DNA of 58,346 nucleotides from Elsinoe ampelina. Lineage: Eukaryota. Each line of letters starts with the position of its first letter. Position 1 is the first letter of the stretch. Shown here piece after piece: positions 24,391-35,587 of this stretch. The stretch covers positions 288,921 through 347,266 of the forward strand of contig ML992505.1 of NCBI GenBank assembly GCA_010093995.1, read 5' to 3'. A program made the position numbers and the translations under genes. The notes below the pieces were generated by a model. The model saw nothing but the letters and a program-made list of their open reading frames with translations. It was not told where the DNA came from and did no database searches.

Positions 24391-26124
24391 AGTGTTCAGC
24401 TAGGTAGATACTACCACACTTTCCAGATGCTGTGGTGATTACTCGTCTTGGCATCTGGCCGGTAATGACCCGAAACGGCACATCGAGATTATTAGGGGAG
24501 GTGATGAGATTCCAGTCTGGTAGGATAGTAGTACATGGTTCGGGACAGACGGGAAATGGTGCCTGACAGCGGGAGGCTCAACAAGGCTTCTCCCGGTGAT
24601 TGACGAGGCGGTCAGAAAGTCAACCCACGCTTGCGAAATCCAAAAAAGAGGGCTTGCGAGATGAGGCGGAAAAGCTTTGGGTCGAAACCTTGAACTGACT
24701 CTGGAGAGAGCTTGACTCGATTTATCTACGCGAGATGAGGCTGCAGGTTGGCAGTATGTGATACGATCTAGAGATGGTATTGCAGGTAGCTCTTCATGCT
24801 GGAGAGGCTTGGTACGATGAGATACCGAGGCATCTTGAGCGAGATGCAAGTAGAAATGCAGGCAGAGTGCATGAGACAACGTGGATTGAAACGCCAGTGC
24901 ACAGGCAAATACTACCAGCATGACAGGATCGAAAGGACGGGTGCATGATCTGTGACGACGCTGTGGCAGAATGTGGTAGTTTCTCAAAGCTTCGCGGAGG
25001 GAGACCTAGACCGAGCATGTCCAGCATCCCTGTCAAGGGCCCTGCAAAGATCTCTTCGTAAATTGCTGGTCGGGAGACGGATAGATGACGCTTCGGCTAT
25101 TGAGCAAGCAGATTGGCTGACGGGGTAGTAGTGCCTGGCTACAGTAGTTCGCTGTGGGGGAACGCGGCGACAGGAAGAGAGGAGATGCAGCGAGAATGCG
25201 AGATCGACGGAGATGTGAGCGCACGAGAGTGGGCTGCAGGGAAGAGCAAGAGAAGAGGGCAGGTCGAGTCGGCTACAGCACCAGCTCACACCTGCGTGGA
25301 CCATCAAGATCTGTACGACTCACAACAAGATCGAGACACAAGATGTTCCCTGTGTACTGTAACCTGGCACCTGTCCTCGGATCACTCGACCGAGAACAGC
25401 CATGACAGACGCACGACGACGGTTCGAGATGAGATGCGAGTGACAGGACTGTCTGCGCGAAATAGAAACCCACGTGGCCGACAAAAGGAAGGCGTCGCAG
25501 CCAGCGTTAGAGATAAGATTGATCTGTCAATGGTAGGACCATCTTCGCGACATGACTGGCCGGGAGAACATGCGCCACGCCCGCATTAGCAGTGTTTTAG
25601 CACCAGAAGATTGACAAATACCTGCTGCATGAGCCCTGCAAGAAGCTGCACCGGCCTGCACCGACGCTGCAAGATTTGTGCGGGAACACGCCCGCCCGCA
25701 CGGCTCACCACGCTCTCCACCGCTATGACCGAGCCCTTGTCCGTCACACCACCCGCACTCTTCGATCTAGAGTCGTCCGGATGAGGGAAACAGTCTGGAC
25801 AACCTGGTTTGTCTGTCAAAATGTACCTTCTCCTTGTTTAATATCTACAGATCTGCGACCATCGCCCTCCGCCTGCGAATCTTTCGCTTAAGCACTATAA
25901 TACTACTATACGTGCAGCGACCCGAGGCTGATACTTTTTCGATTGCACCGAGTATAGCGACACGACGAAACGAGGGCTTTGTCTGCGATACTTGTACCCT
26001 GTCAATTGCTCGTGCTGGACATGAGAGATACCACGACTAATTCCCAGCGATTGTTCTTTGCATTCTAAAGCGGCGTGCGGAAGTGGGACAATCGAGCTGC
26101 TCACCTGCAAACGCAACATTCGCA

Positions 26125-29100
26125 ATGGCTTCCATTTTCGATATGCTCACACGACAGCAACCACAATTCCAAACACGTCAGGCATTATTGGTGCTGGGAT
26201 TGCAGCATGATTTCATCTCTCCGGAAGGCGTAATACCAGTCACAAACGGCGACAGGTTTCTGCGGCGGATCAAGAACCTGGTCCCGACTTTTCGAGCAAA
26301 TGGGGATGTCTACTGGGTACGGACAGAGCGTGGAAGCTCATCGAAGCCGAGAGGTCGCCAGGATCATGGAACCGTTGTAGTCACAAACGAACCGACGCCT
26401 ACTCCTTCACGCCCTTCAGATGACCTGTCCGATCGTGTAGATTCGACACTTGGGACCGATGAGTCAACCGCAAAGGATACAAAGGCCGGTACAGAATCGC
26501 AGCCTTTACTGGTGTCGAGACCAAAGTATCAGACTGACCCCGAACTATTCTTGAAATCATCATCCGACGGACCTCGTTGTTGTGATTCTACTACACACGG
26601 CTCATCGTATATACCCGACGTCGAAGCTCTGCAGTCACCCAAAGATACACATATTGTCAAATCGCACTATTCAGCATTTCACGGTACCCAATTGCTTCTC
26701 ACTCTCCGCGCTCGGCTGGTCACAGAGATCTATCTCGCTGGATGCATGACAAATCTCTGTGTCTACGCCACTGCCCTCGACGCTGCCCAACACGGTATCC
26801 AGATCAACATTGTCGAAGACTGTCTAGGATACAGGACGCCGCATCGCCACGCAGAAGCAATCAATCGTATGATTGACGATATGGGTGCTTACATGACCAC
26901 GAGCAAGACTGTCATGACCCGGTTTGAGGAAGGCGACGACCTCGATCGTATGGACAGTAGAGGTGCTAGCCCAGAATTGGAGGAAGTTCGTTCGAACGTC
27001 GACGTCCAAGAGACTGGGCCATTCAGCTACCCGACCTCAATCAATCATCCCAATAGTAGCACCATGGCCACGAGGCCCACTTCTGCGGAGGACCACCTAC
27101 CACCAGTCGGACTCCCGCAGGCTGGAATTGTGGTACCAGAATACGTCGCTTCTTCGTGTGCGCTGGGCCATGTGCCTGCAGCTCTCGAAGTTGATGAAGG
27201 TGTTTCACTTGAAGCAGAGGATAAACCGAAGCCAGAGTTCCCTGTCTACCAGAACATGGAGGCCATCCGCAGCATTGAGCGGATAGACACACAGACCAGG
27301 ACCGAGGAGTGGCGAAACTCTTGCTCACCAGTGGGGACCACTTCTGACACCAGGAATACCCAGGAAGAAGAGCTTTCCGCTGCTCTCGCACATCCTTCCT
27401 CGTCGCGACCAGTCTCGAAAGAGGCGACACCAGAGTCGGCCGAGGGCAGGACTAGCAAGAAGCGGCGGTCCGCGGATCTGGATGACGTCCACCTTGACTT
27501 GTCCGCGCAACATGTCCGAGAGACGTCGACAGCCCCTACCTCGACTCATGACTCCGACCAGCAGCCACTTCAGAAGAAGAATAAATGCATACCCAGCCTG
27601 GCAAACTTTCCGACCAAGGTCCCAGGTGACTTTATTGGCAAAGGCGACACGACCATCTCTTATGATCTGCTATCGCCAATAGAAGCAGACAAAGCTTTCA
27701 ATACACTCCTCACAGAGGTACCATGGCAGCGAATGAGCCACGTGACAGGTGACGTCCCACGACTCGTCTGCTGTCAAGGCACCTTCCTGGCAGACGGCTC
27801 AATGCCAATCTACCGCCATCCATCCGACTCCACCCTCCCACTTTTCCACTGGTCGCCAACTGTAGATCGCATTCGCCGCCTTGCAGAAGCCCACGTCGGC
27901 CACAAGCTCAACCACGCCTTGATTCAGCTCTACCGCAGCGGTCAAGATCACATCAGCGAACACAGCGACAAAACCCTCGACATCGTCCCAGGTAGCCAAA
28001 TCGTCAACGTCTCACTCGGTGCCCAACGCACCATGCGCCTAAGAAGCAAACGCATGAAGTTTCCCCCTACCTACTCGTCCCTGTCACCAGAACCCCCACA
28101 ACATAACACGGAGGCCACAGAAACCACAGACGCGTCCACCATTACCCCCGCCCCACAGACTCTCAGCCCTCTCGAAATCGCCCGCTCAGCCTCCATGCCC
28201 CCGAGTCTCCGCACCATCTTCGCCCGCACCATCTTCGCCTGCACCGTCCCACAAGACGGCACCCTCCCGGCGAGGACAACAGAACGCATCCCCCTCCCAC
28301 ACGCCAGCATCCTCTCCTTCGGCCTGGGCACGAACGCGCACTTCCTGCACGGCATCCAGCCTGACCGCAGGCTAGGGCACGATCTGTCCCAAGCAGAGAA
28401 AGCCTACGGAGGGATGAGGATCAGCTTGACTTTTCGCGAGATAGGGACGTTCTTGTCCGGGGATGAAGGGAGGATATGGGGTGTTGGAGCAAGGGGGAAG
28501 GAGAGGGGGGAGGCGGGGAGGGTGGTGAGCGGTGATGAGGAAGAGGGGAGGGGTGAGGCGGAGGAATTGTTGAGGAAGTTTGGGAGGGAGAATCAGGGTG
28601 GGGATATGGAGGGGGAGGGGGTTTATGAGGGGGGGAGTGATGTGTTGCATCTGAAGGTGAAGCCGGTGGCGGGCCCGATGGTGTTTCTCAGCGGGGAGGA
28701 GGGCAGGGACGGGGCGGTGATGGCAGCGATGAAGTTCCTGGGCATGGAAGCTGTCATCACCCCTGCGCCAGAATTGGGCCTTGAATCCTACCAGCAACCT
28801 GCTACCGCCCATTCCGCGACTCCCGTGGATGCTCCGACGCCCCCTCAAGCCGACGAACGAGACACGACCTCTTCGTCCCCGCACACCTCCTCACAACCTC
28901 AGTCCACTACGACAACCAAGGTTCTCAAAGCAGAAGGGAAACCCTTCCTCAACGCCCACGCCCACCCCATCCCCCCACCAACACCCACCCACCCCCTACT
29001 CCTCCGCGACATCGACGACCACCACGCTGAAGTCCGAGGCTGGATCCCCATCCTATCTTACCTCTCCCTGTACTACCCCCACTCAACCCCCTCATCCACC

Positions 29101-29484
29101 TCGCCCTCCACTTCCCGGACCCAAGCAGCGAGGCAAAGCGAACTCTTCTCCCTCCTGCCTTTGCTGGAGGTATACACCCAAAACCGCATGCCGGAGACCA
29201 GAGACGTGCTCGCGGACCTGGAGGGGAGGTTAGCGCTCTTCTCACCGGAGTCGTTCACGGTAGGACCCGGCGAGGGGACGCCAGCAGGAGCAGGAGAGGG
29301 GCTAGAGGCGGAGGGGGTGGACGGGAAGGATGTGGGAGGCTTAGCGGGGAGGGGGATCGGGGTTGTGGATGTCGCGTTTTTGCATCTTGTGCGACTAGCT
29401 TTGGTCGGGGAGGGAGAGGGGGAGTGGGAGGGGTTGAGGAGGTGGGCGGGGAGGGTTGACCGGGTCGTTAAGAATCTGGGGTAG
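26125..29484 (+). CDS. Isochorismatase-like + AlkB-type 2OG-Fe(II) dioxygenase fusion protein
   Basis: N-terminal cysteine-hydrolase motifs (LLVLGLQHDF, KSHYSAF, LAGCMTNLCVYATALDA). AlkB core VPRLV..LNHALIQLYRSGQDHISEHSDKTLD..VSLGAQR..HGI..RISLTFR carries the HxD...H...R residues. The C-terminal part is divergent. Confidence 0.88.
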   Translation: MASIFDMLTRQQPQFQTRQALLVLGLQHDFISPEGVIPVTNGDRFLRRIKNLVPTFRANGDVYWVRTERGSSSKPRGRQDHGTVVVTNEPTPTPSRPSDDLSDRVDSTLGTDESTAKDTKAGTESQPLLVSRPKYQTDPELFLKSSSDGPRCCDSTTHGSSYIPDVEALQSPKDTHIVKSHYSAFHGTQLLLTLRARLVTEIYLAGCMTNLCVYATALDAAQHGIQINIVEDCLGYRTPHRHAEAINRMIDDMGAYMTTSKTVMTRFEEGDDLDRMDSRGASPELEEVRSNVDVQETGPFSYPTSINHPNSSTMATRPTSAEDHLPPVGLPQAGIVVPEYVASSCALGHVPAALEVDEGVSLEAEDKPKPEFPVYQNMEAIRSIERIDTQTRTEEWRNSCSPVGTTSDTRNTQEEELSAALAHPSSSRPVSKEATPESAEGRTSKKRRSADLDDVHLDLSAQHVRETSTAPTSTHDSDQQPLQKKNKCIPSLANFPTKVPGDFIGKGDTTISYDLLSPIEADKAFNTLLTEVPWQRMSHVTGDVPRLVCCQGTFLADGSMPIYRHPSDSTLPLFHWSPTVDRIRRLAEAHVGHKLNHALIQLYRSGQDHISEHSDKTLDIVPGSQIVNVSLGAQRTMRLRSKRMKFPPTYSSLSPEPPQHNTEATETTDASTITPAPQTLSPLEIARSASMPPSLRTIFARTIFACTVPQDGTLPARTTERIPLPHASILSFGLGTNAHFLHGIQPDRRLGHDLSQAEKAYGGMRISLTFREIGTFLSGDEGRIWGVGARGKERGEAGRVVSGDEEEGRGEAEELLRKFGRENQGGDMEGEGVYEGGSDVLHLKVKPVAGPMVFLSGEEGRDGAVMAAMKFLGMEAVITPAPELGLESYQQPATAHSATPVDAPTPPQADERDTTSSSPHTSSQPQSTTTTKVLKAEGKPFLNAHAHPIPPPTPTHPLLLRDIDDHHAEVRGWIPILSYLSLYYPHSTPSSTSPSTSRTQAARQSELFSLLPLLEVYTQNRMPETRDVLADLEGRLALFSPESFTVGPGEGTPAGAGEGLEAEGVDGKDVGGLAGRGIGVVDVAFLHLVRLALVGEGEGEWEGLRRWAGRVDRVVKNLG

Positions 29485-30020
29485 TTGGGAATGGAGGCTA
29501 TGGAGTGGTAGCACATAAGGGAAGAAAAACTTTTCGAGAAGGGATGGTCTGACAAGGGAGGGGACTGAGAAGGGGGTGGCTTGAGAAGGGGAGTGTCTGG
29601 AAAGAAAGTGCCTGTACAGTCTTGGATTCACTTGACAGCGGATTAGCGAGCGTTGACACTTTGCGACTTTTGCACAACAGCATAGCGGGGAGATTGGTCG
29701 GAATCAATGGATCGTTATTCGTTATTTCTTATACTGTGAGCTATCGGCCTAGTCATGGTGTGTATGTGATGCAAAAGCCCTCGCTCTCGGACAAAGCTAC
29801 TCCGAGTGCACCGACCAGGTGGAGATGCTGTACCCCCAACACAACTGCACTACGCTGCACTCCCAGAGACCAGTAGGCCTTGCTCGACACTGCGACCCAG
29901 CCCTTCCCAGTCCTTACACCAAATCCTCTCCACCTGCATCCCGACTACCTCCCTCGCACACCCCTTTCCCCCTTCCCTCACGCATCCCCCTCCCCCTCCC
30001 TTCCGCTCAAATCCCCCGCC

Positions 30021-31973
30021 TCACCCAACAACATGCTCATTCGCCCTACTATCCCCCTTCATCAGTCCGCAAACACTACAAGTCCAATACCTATGCTCCA
30101 TAAAAGTCCTACACCTCCTACACGCCCACCCCAACGTCTCGGGCTGATGCAGCATGACGCTCTGTCTCTGCACCCGTTCCAGGTTACGCGCTGCCGAACG
30201 ATCGCTTAGGATGCCGCTTGTTCCACTCGTGCCTGTCGAGGAGGAGTGGATGGAGCGCCGGTTGGTGGTGTTGGTGCCGATGGTTTGGGAGCGTGCCAGG
30301 ATGGCGGTGGCGGACGGGGAGCGTTCGAGGCCGCAGGCGTCGCAGGCCAGGTAGTCGAGGGGGTTGATGCAGGTGCAGATGTCGCAGGTCCAGGTAGTTG
30401 GGGATGGGTCGGTTTGGGCAGGAGGAGGGGGAAGGGGCCGGGATTGAGTTGGCGGGGTGGGGACGGAGCGAGGGGGGTCTGATGGGCGAGAGGGCTTACG
30501 TGGTGGTGCTTGGTTGGACAGGGAAGGGTGGTTTGGCGGTAGTGGTGGCGGAGGCGATATTGAATGTGAGTGTGGTGTGGAAGTGCTTGATGGGGGTGTG
30601 GCGCGGCGTTTGACCCTCTCTACGCTGCCTTTCCAGTCGTGTCCGTCGGCTGCTGACAGGGCCCCGGCGAGTTCACTGAGGACGGAAGAAGCACTGCTGC
30701 TCCGACTGGTACTGCCTCTGACTGGCCGCTTGTTGGCGGAGAATGATGATGTCGGACCACTTATGACCGATGGGGGGCCGAGACCTCCCGACATGATTAC
30801 ATCGCCGTCACTATCCGGAGTGAATGGTCGAGGTCGCTTTCCTGCCGTTCTCGCCTCGTCCTGAATGTGGGAGGGTATCGGTGCACTCCCAGATCTAGGT
30901 ATCGAGCGAGCGACAGGTGCTGGTAGGGGCGATTCTGAACGTTGTCGGGTTGAAGATGTGGATGCTGATGTGGTTCGCATACTTTCTTTCAATGCCCATC
31001 TGATTTGTTCTTCCTCGGACATGTGGTTTGGTGGTGTTCTACCGCGTGAAGGTGCTGAAAGTTCAGACAGACCATTCTCAGCACTCCATGTCAGACCATT
31101 GGACAATGAAGTCGGCCCATCCCAAGACTGCTCCAATTTGGCCATTTCTTCTTCTTCCATCAGTTCCAATAGAGCTTCCGCAATGGCCCTGTCGTTGGCA
31201 TCGTCATCATCCGCTTTGGTCCGGATCGTCCGTTGAGAGCTTTGTCGTGCTAAGCTGTCCGCGTTTGAGTCACCAGAAGCACAACCTCGCTGTATCGTGT
31301 TCCGTCGTTCCACCGCATCGGCTATGACCTTGCGTGCATCTTGGCCAGGAATGATCCTCTTCCCGCCCAACTTGAATCCGCCTCTCTTGTCCTTGTCCTT
31401 TTCAGAACGCTTCTGTTTCTCCGCGTTCTGCTTGGCGAGCCTTCGTAGTTCACTGTCAGGGGGCATGCGACCGCCACCCAGCTTGCGTCCTTTGGTCAGG
31501 AAGCCTTCTCCAGTGTAGCCCTTGAAAAGAAGAGTCTCGTGTTCGCCGCGAAGCTCATCCCAAAGAGCATGAAATTGGGCATCGTGCGGACCATGAACAA
31601 TATGTGACAGCTCGTGCAACATCGTGTCAACGCATTGTTCTATTGGCATGAACGAAGAAGGTCGATGTGAGAAGCGTAACCGGACGCATATCTTGTGGCC
31701 ATGATTGATATTCAGACCCAAGAGCCGTGGATCCTCTGGTAAAAATTCCGTGAGTGTGCCAACGTGCCATCCGCGCTTTCTCATGATGGGTTTCACGAGA
31801 GACGCAATTTTCCGTAACCTGTGGAGAGCTTCTGCGGGATCAGGCAGTCCAGTAAGATGCTCGTACGCCTTGATCAACGAATCTGCTTCGTTCAAGTTTG
31901 AGGCATAATTCTTTTGCGCTTGTGATGGACCTCCAGCCCAGCTGCCTCCCGGCTTGCTGAACCTTCGGTCCAT
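30021..31973 (-). CDS. WSS1: DNA-dependent metalloprotease Wss1 (WLM domain) with UIM-like motif and two RanBP2-type zinc fingers
   Basis: Motifs VKPIMRKRGWHVGTLTEF, LLGLNINHG, TMLHELSHIVHGPHDAQF (HExxH) and GYTGEGFL. UIM-like SEEEQIRWALKESM; fingers WTCDICTCINPLDYLACDAC and WACRRC..WTCSVC. Confidence 0.93.
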   Translation of the reverse strand: MDRRFSKPGGSWAGGPSQAQKNYASNLNEADSLIKAYEHLTGLPDPAEALHRLRKIASLVKPIMRKRGWHVGTLTEFLPEDPRLLGLNINHGHKICVRLRFSHRPSSFMPIEQCVDTMLHELSHIVHGPHDAQFHALWDELRGEHETLLFKGYTGEGFLTKGRKLGGGRMPPDSELRRLAKQNAEKQKRSEKDKDKRGGFKLGGKRIIPGQDARKVIADAVERRNTIQRGCASGDSNADSLARQSSQRTIRTKADDDDANDRAIAEALLELMEEEEMAKLEQSWDGPTSLSNGLTWSAENGLSELSAPSRGRTPPNHMSEEEQIRWALKESMRTTSASTSSTRQRSESPLPAPVARSIPRSGSAPIPSHIQDEARTAGKRPRPFTPDSDGDVIMSGGLGPPSVISGPTSSFSANKRPVRGSTSRSSSASSVLSELAGALSAADGHDWKGSVERVKRRATPPSSTSTPHSHSISPPPPLPPNHPSLSNQAPPRKPSRPSDPPRSVPTPPTQSRPLPPPPAQTDPSPTTWTCDICTCINPLDYLACDACGLERSPSATAILARSQTIGTNTTNRRSIHSSSTGTSGTSGILSDRSAARNLERVQRQSVMLHQPETLGWACRRCRTFMEHRYWTCSVCGLMKGDSRANEHVVG

Positions 31974-32677
31974 CGTGTTTCTTTGAAGGACCCGAATGAT
32001 GCCAAAACAGCGGAGTATCGACCGCTGACTATTGTAGGAAAAAACCTGGGCGGGGTGCCAGGTTAAAAAGATGAAAAGGATGTTTTGCAGATCGTCTGCA
32101 ATCCAAAATTACCATACCAGACTGCAGGGCACAGGAGCTGTGGTGCGTGGATTGCCATTCGTCATCGAGGGGCGTCGAGTGGATGGAGCCCTGATGAGAA
32201 GGCCGCGAATGCAGACAGGACAAGAGCGCCTAGACTGTGGCCCACTGCGGACGCCGAGGATTATATGCAAGATCTGCCAGTCGTGGATCTGAGCCCACTA
32301 TTCACCAGCTGATGGAACAAGTCTGGTTTCCAGAAGATTACGGACTCGCTCGCGGTGTTGGTAGCCGCAAATAGGTGGTTTGTGACTGGTTGCGACGGTC
32401 TTGCCGGCGGCTGTGTTCGCGCGCGTGCACAGATGGAAATTGGGTCAAGTCAAGGGCGAAGCGGCTGTGGTTGATGAAGACAGAGTGATCGGCGTTTCGA
32501 GACGCCAAGCACCGACACTCGACGAGCCCCGCCAAACATCATGTGGTCCGTGGATGCCTGCGTAATGCGAGTCCAGACATGCTGTCTGTCCCTGCGGTAC
32601 ATACACTTGGCAATATCAATGCGTATTAAGTCACGGACTATCTGACGAAGCTATCACACGAACGACTTCGCGCGAAC

Positions 32678-34020
32678 ATGACCGACGCGCAGTATCTGTT
32701 CGACCTGGTATGTGCATTTGACGGTGAGATGACTACAGCTGCTGATCGTCTGTGCTTCAATAGGCTGCGAGACAGTACAACGAGACAGCCGAAGTCATTG
32801 AACGACACTTTGAGACGGTCGCAGATCAAATTAGAGAACTCATACCGAAGCGGACACCCTTTTCAGCACCTCCGCCACCTCCCCGACGATTACCGCCCGC
32901 TGCATACTTTCACAATCTCCAAACATGGGCACTGCGACATAAAGCCATCACCGCGGGGCTCGCCGCCTTCTTCGGAACCGGCGCGGTCTATCTTCTCTTC
33001 CAAAGATATGCATACAAGCAAAGGAGAAGGGCCAAGAGGACAGCAAATGGAGCGAGGACAGAGGTGGTAGTATTAGCTGGATCAGCTGTGTCACCTCTGA
33101 CCACCGCACTCGCACTGGATCTTGAAAGAAGGGGATACATCGTCTATGTCGTCACAAACTCGCCAGAGGATATTCAGCACGTGCGAGACCAGAAACGAGT
33201 GGACATTGTTCCGCTCAACTTGGATCTGGTCTATGTGAGTAGCGCGTCCTCTTGGTGGTGCTTAACGAGACTGACCATGACATAGCCCGAGATCGCTCGA
33301 GATCAGGTCCATCGGATACATGACCTCTTGTCAAGGCACCATTACCCCATAGAAGGGGAGCAGGGGCACCGGCTGAGTCTGGCTGGTGTCATAATGATTC
33401 CAGATGCGCAATTCCAGACCGGCAGCATCGCAGAAGTCACACCAGAGACTTGGTCATATTCGCTAAATGCCAAAGTCTTAAACACAATTGTGACCACCCA
33501 GCATCTCCTGCCCTTGATCACCGACTTTCAGAGCCGAGTACTATTACTTACTCCTGGTATCATTCCGTCCTTGAATCCTCCAAATCATGCCATTCAAAGC
33601 ACAATCGCAGGTGCGCTTCAGGGCTTCTCTGCATCTCTGGCAGCAGAGCTTCGACCAGCTGGAATTCCCATGACGCACTTCAAGTTGGGCCACCTGGAAC
33701 TACCAGGTAGCCAAGCCAAGGTGGCAGATGGGAAGAAAAGGGTCAAGGGAACACCTCTCCGTCGACTCCATGATAACGTCTTTGACGCACTACAAGCGTC
33801 CAGACCATGGAGAACATACCACGTCGGCAAGGGAAGTCTCACGTACGACATCATTGGATCATGGCTGCCCAGTGGTGTTGTAGGGTGGATGATAGGCCTG
33901 TCAAGTCAGCCGACACCACAGCAATCTGAGCCACGCTTTATCGAGATGAGTGATAGTGGAAGTGAGGGTGCTTCAGCACAGTGGGAGAGAGTTGACGATA
34001 CCGAGCAGGTCTCTGCATGA
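32678..34020 (+). CDS. DUF1776 family (SDR-like fold) membrane-anchored protein
   Basis: Exons 32678-32707, 32764-33234 and 33286-34020. A TM segment precedes RRRAKRTANGARTEVVVLAGS..LALDLERRGYIVYV; later KGTPLRRLHDNVFDAL and VGKGSLTYDIIGSWLP. Confidence 0.85.
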
Positions 34021-35587
34021 AGACAATGACAAAGCAACGACGTTACTGTAGCATTTAGATTCAGCTCAACCTTGTAATATTAACAATGGGAACAACCTTG
34101 CCACTTTTCCTGATCACTGATCGTTGAATGTAAAGCCGATAGCGACATGGTGATGATGTATGCCATGAGGTCAAAGGGAATTTACACGGGTCGTTGTCGA
34201 AACGGTCTCGCACAGATGGTCGCAGATGAGGCTCTGTCCAAAACACTGGCCAACAAAAACGTCTTGCAAATTGGCTGCCGAGGTCACACTCACTCACTGC
34301 ACGGAAGTTGACATGACTTGCATGACAGGCCTGTCACAGAAGCGATACAAGACCTCGCATTCGCGCAATGTGGTCGGACCTTTTGCAGCACAAGACACGT
34401 CGGGTAGCGTAAACTTCCCCTGACACCATCTCGGATTTTGCATCTGGATCCATGATCCCACTCGTATTCATCCGCTCAACCAATTCTCGTCAGTCTTCTT
34501 TTTCGAGCGACATTTGACGGTTCAGCGATTGCCAAAAGAAGGTCTCTGCAATTTTAGCCCGGCTGACAACCATAGCGTGCGACCGTTGAAGGACTTCAAC
34601 TGTCTTGACGACCACGGCCGGCGCATGTTCATCAGCAGCGACCATGACAGCATCGTCTAGGGTCTGCAGGCCAATCTCCAATCTCTCAAGCCCTGGCATT
34701 AACCCAGGGTTAGCATCAAAGCCACATGCGCCTCCAAGCTGGGGAAACTTGATCCAGAACTATCGAATACAGGCGTCCGACATGGACTTGCCCCTCTGTC
34801 CCTGCATGAGCTCGTGTCTCTTCGCTACTTTGCGCATATCCTTTCACTAGTAGATGTCACTCGCTGTCGAACAGTCCAAGTCTCAATCTTCCAAGATCTT
34901 GGTCGACAGCAAATGAAGCGACCATCTACTCTGGCTCTAGCGTGTATGGTGAAAATTAGATTGACGGGTGGCAGCGAATAAGCGTTTCTGCCGGCCAATC
35001 GCCAGGGCCATTCCTGTGGAGAAGGTTTTCCCAGCGCCGGGCAGTCCTTCCTCTGTTCGTTTTGCCCTGCGCCAAGGCCTGCTCTGCCAGACATTCGCGC
35101 TCCACTCTGCTTCGCTTTGGTCTGTTCCGCCGTTCCTCACGAGCCGACAACTCTCTCACATCAGAGAAAGGTCATACCGATCTCACCTTTTACCACGCAA
35201 ACCTGTCAGTCACTCCTTCACATTTCGACAGCGTCATTTCTACTCAACAACAAATCGGGCGACATTGACTTGTCTTCCGCATCTGCTCTCTCATTCTCCG
35301 GTCACTTCTCGTATACCCGGGCTTCTGTTTTCTGGACCCCCAAATTCAGTATCTTCTCGCCTCAGGGACCCGAAGATCATTCAGCACATCCGAGGGTCGT
35401 CAGCTCTTCATCTGAGTGGAGCATAGATTAATCGACTGGTGTCTGCCCAGTTTCCCGCCTGCGCTTCATCTTAGTATACAGCCTGCTGCACAGCCCGTCC
35501 CGTCTCAGGTCTGCAACACGACATAGTGATACTGGAGAGGCTCAGCATACCTGACTCCGCACACGGGATCAATTCCATTTCAACAAA

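Noticed and set aside
24420..26080. 1.6-kb gap with a GA-rich tract (about 25170-25260) and ORFs up to 182 aa
   Set aside because: No convincing coding signal or ncRNA motif, and no telomerase-template-like CTAACCCTAA seen. May be UTR or lncRNA but unsupported.
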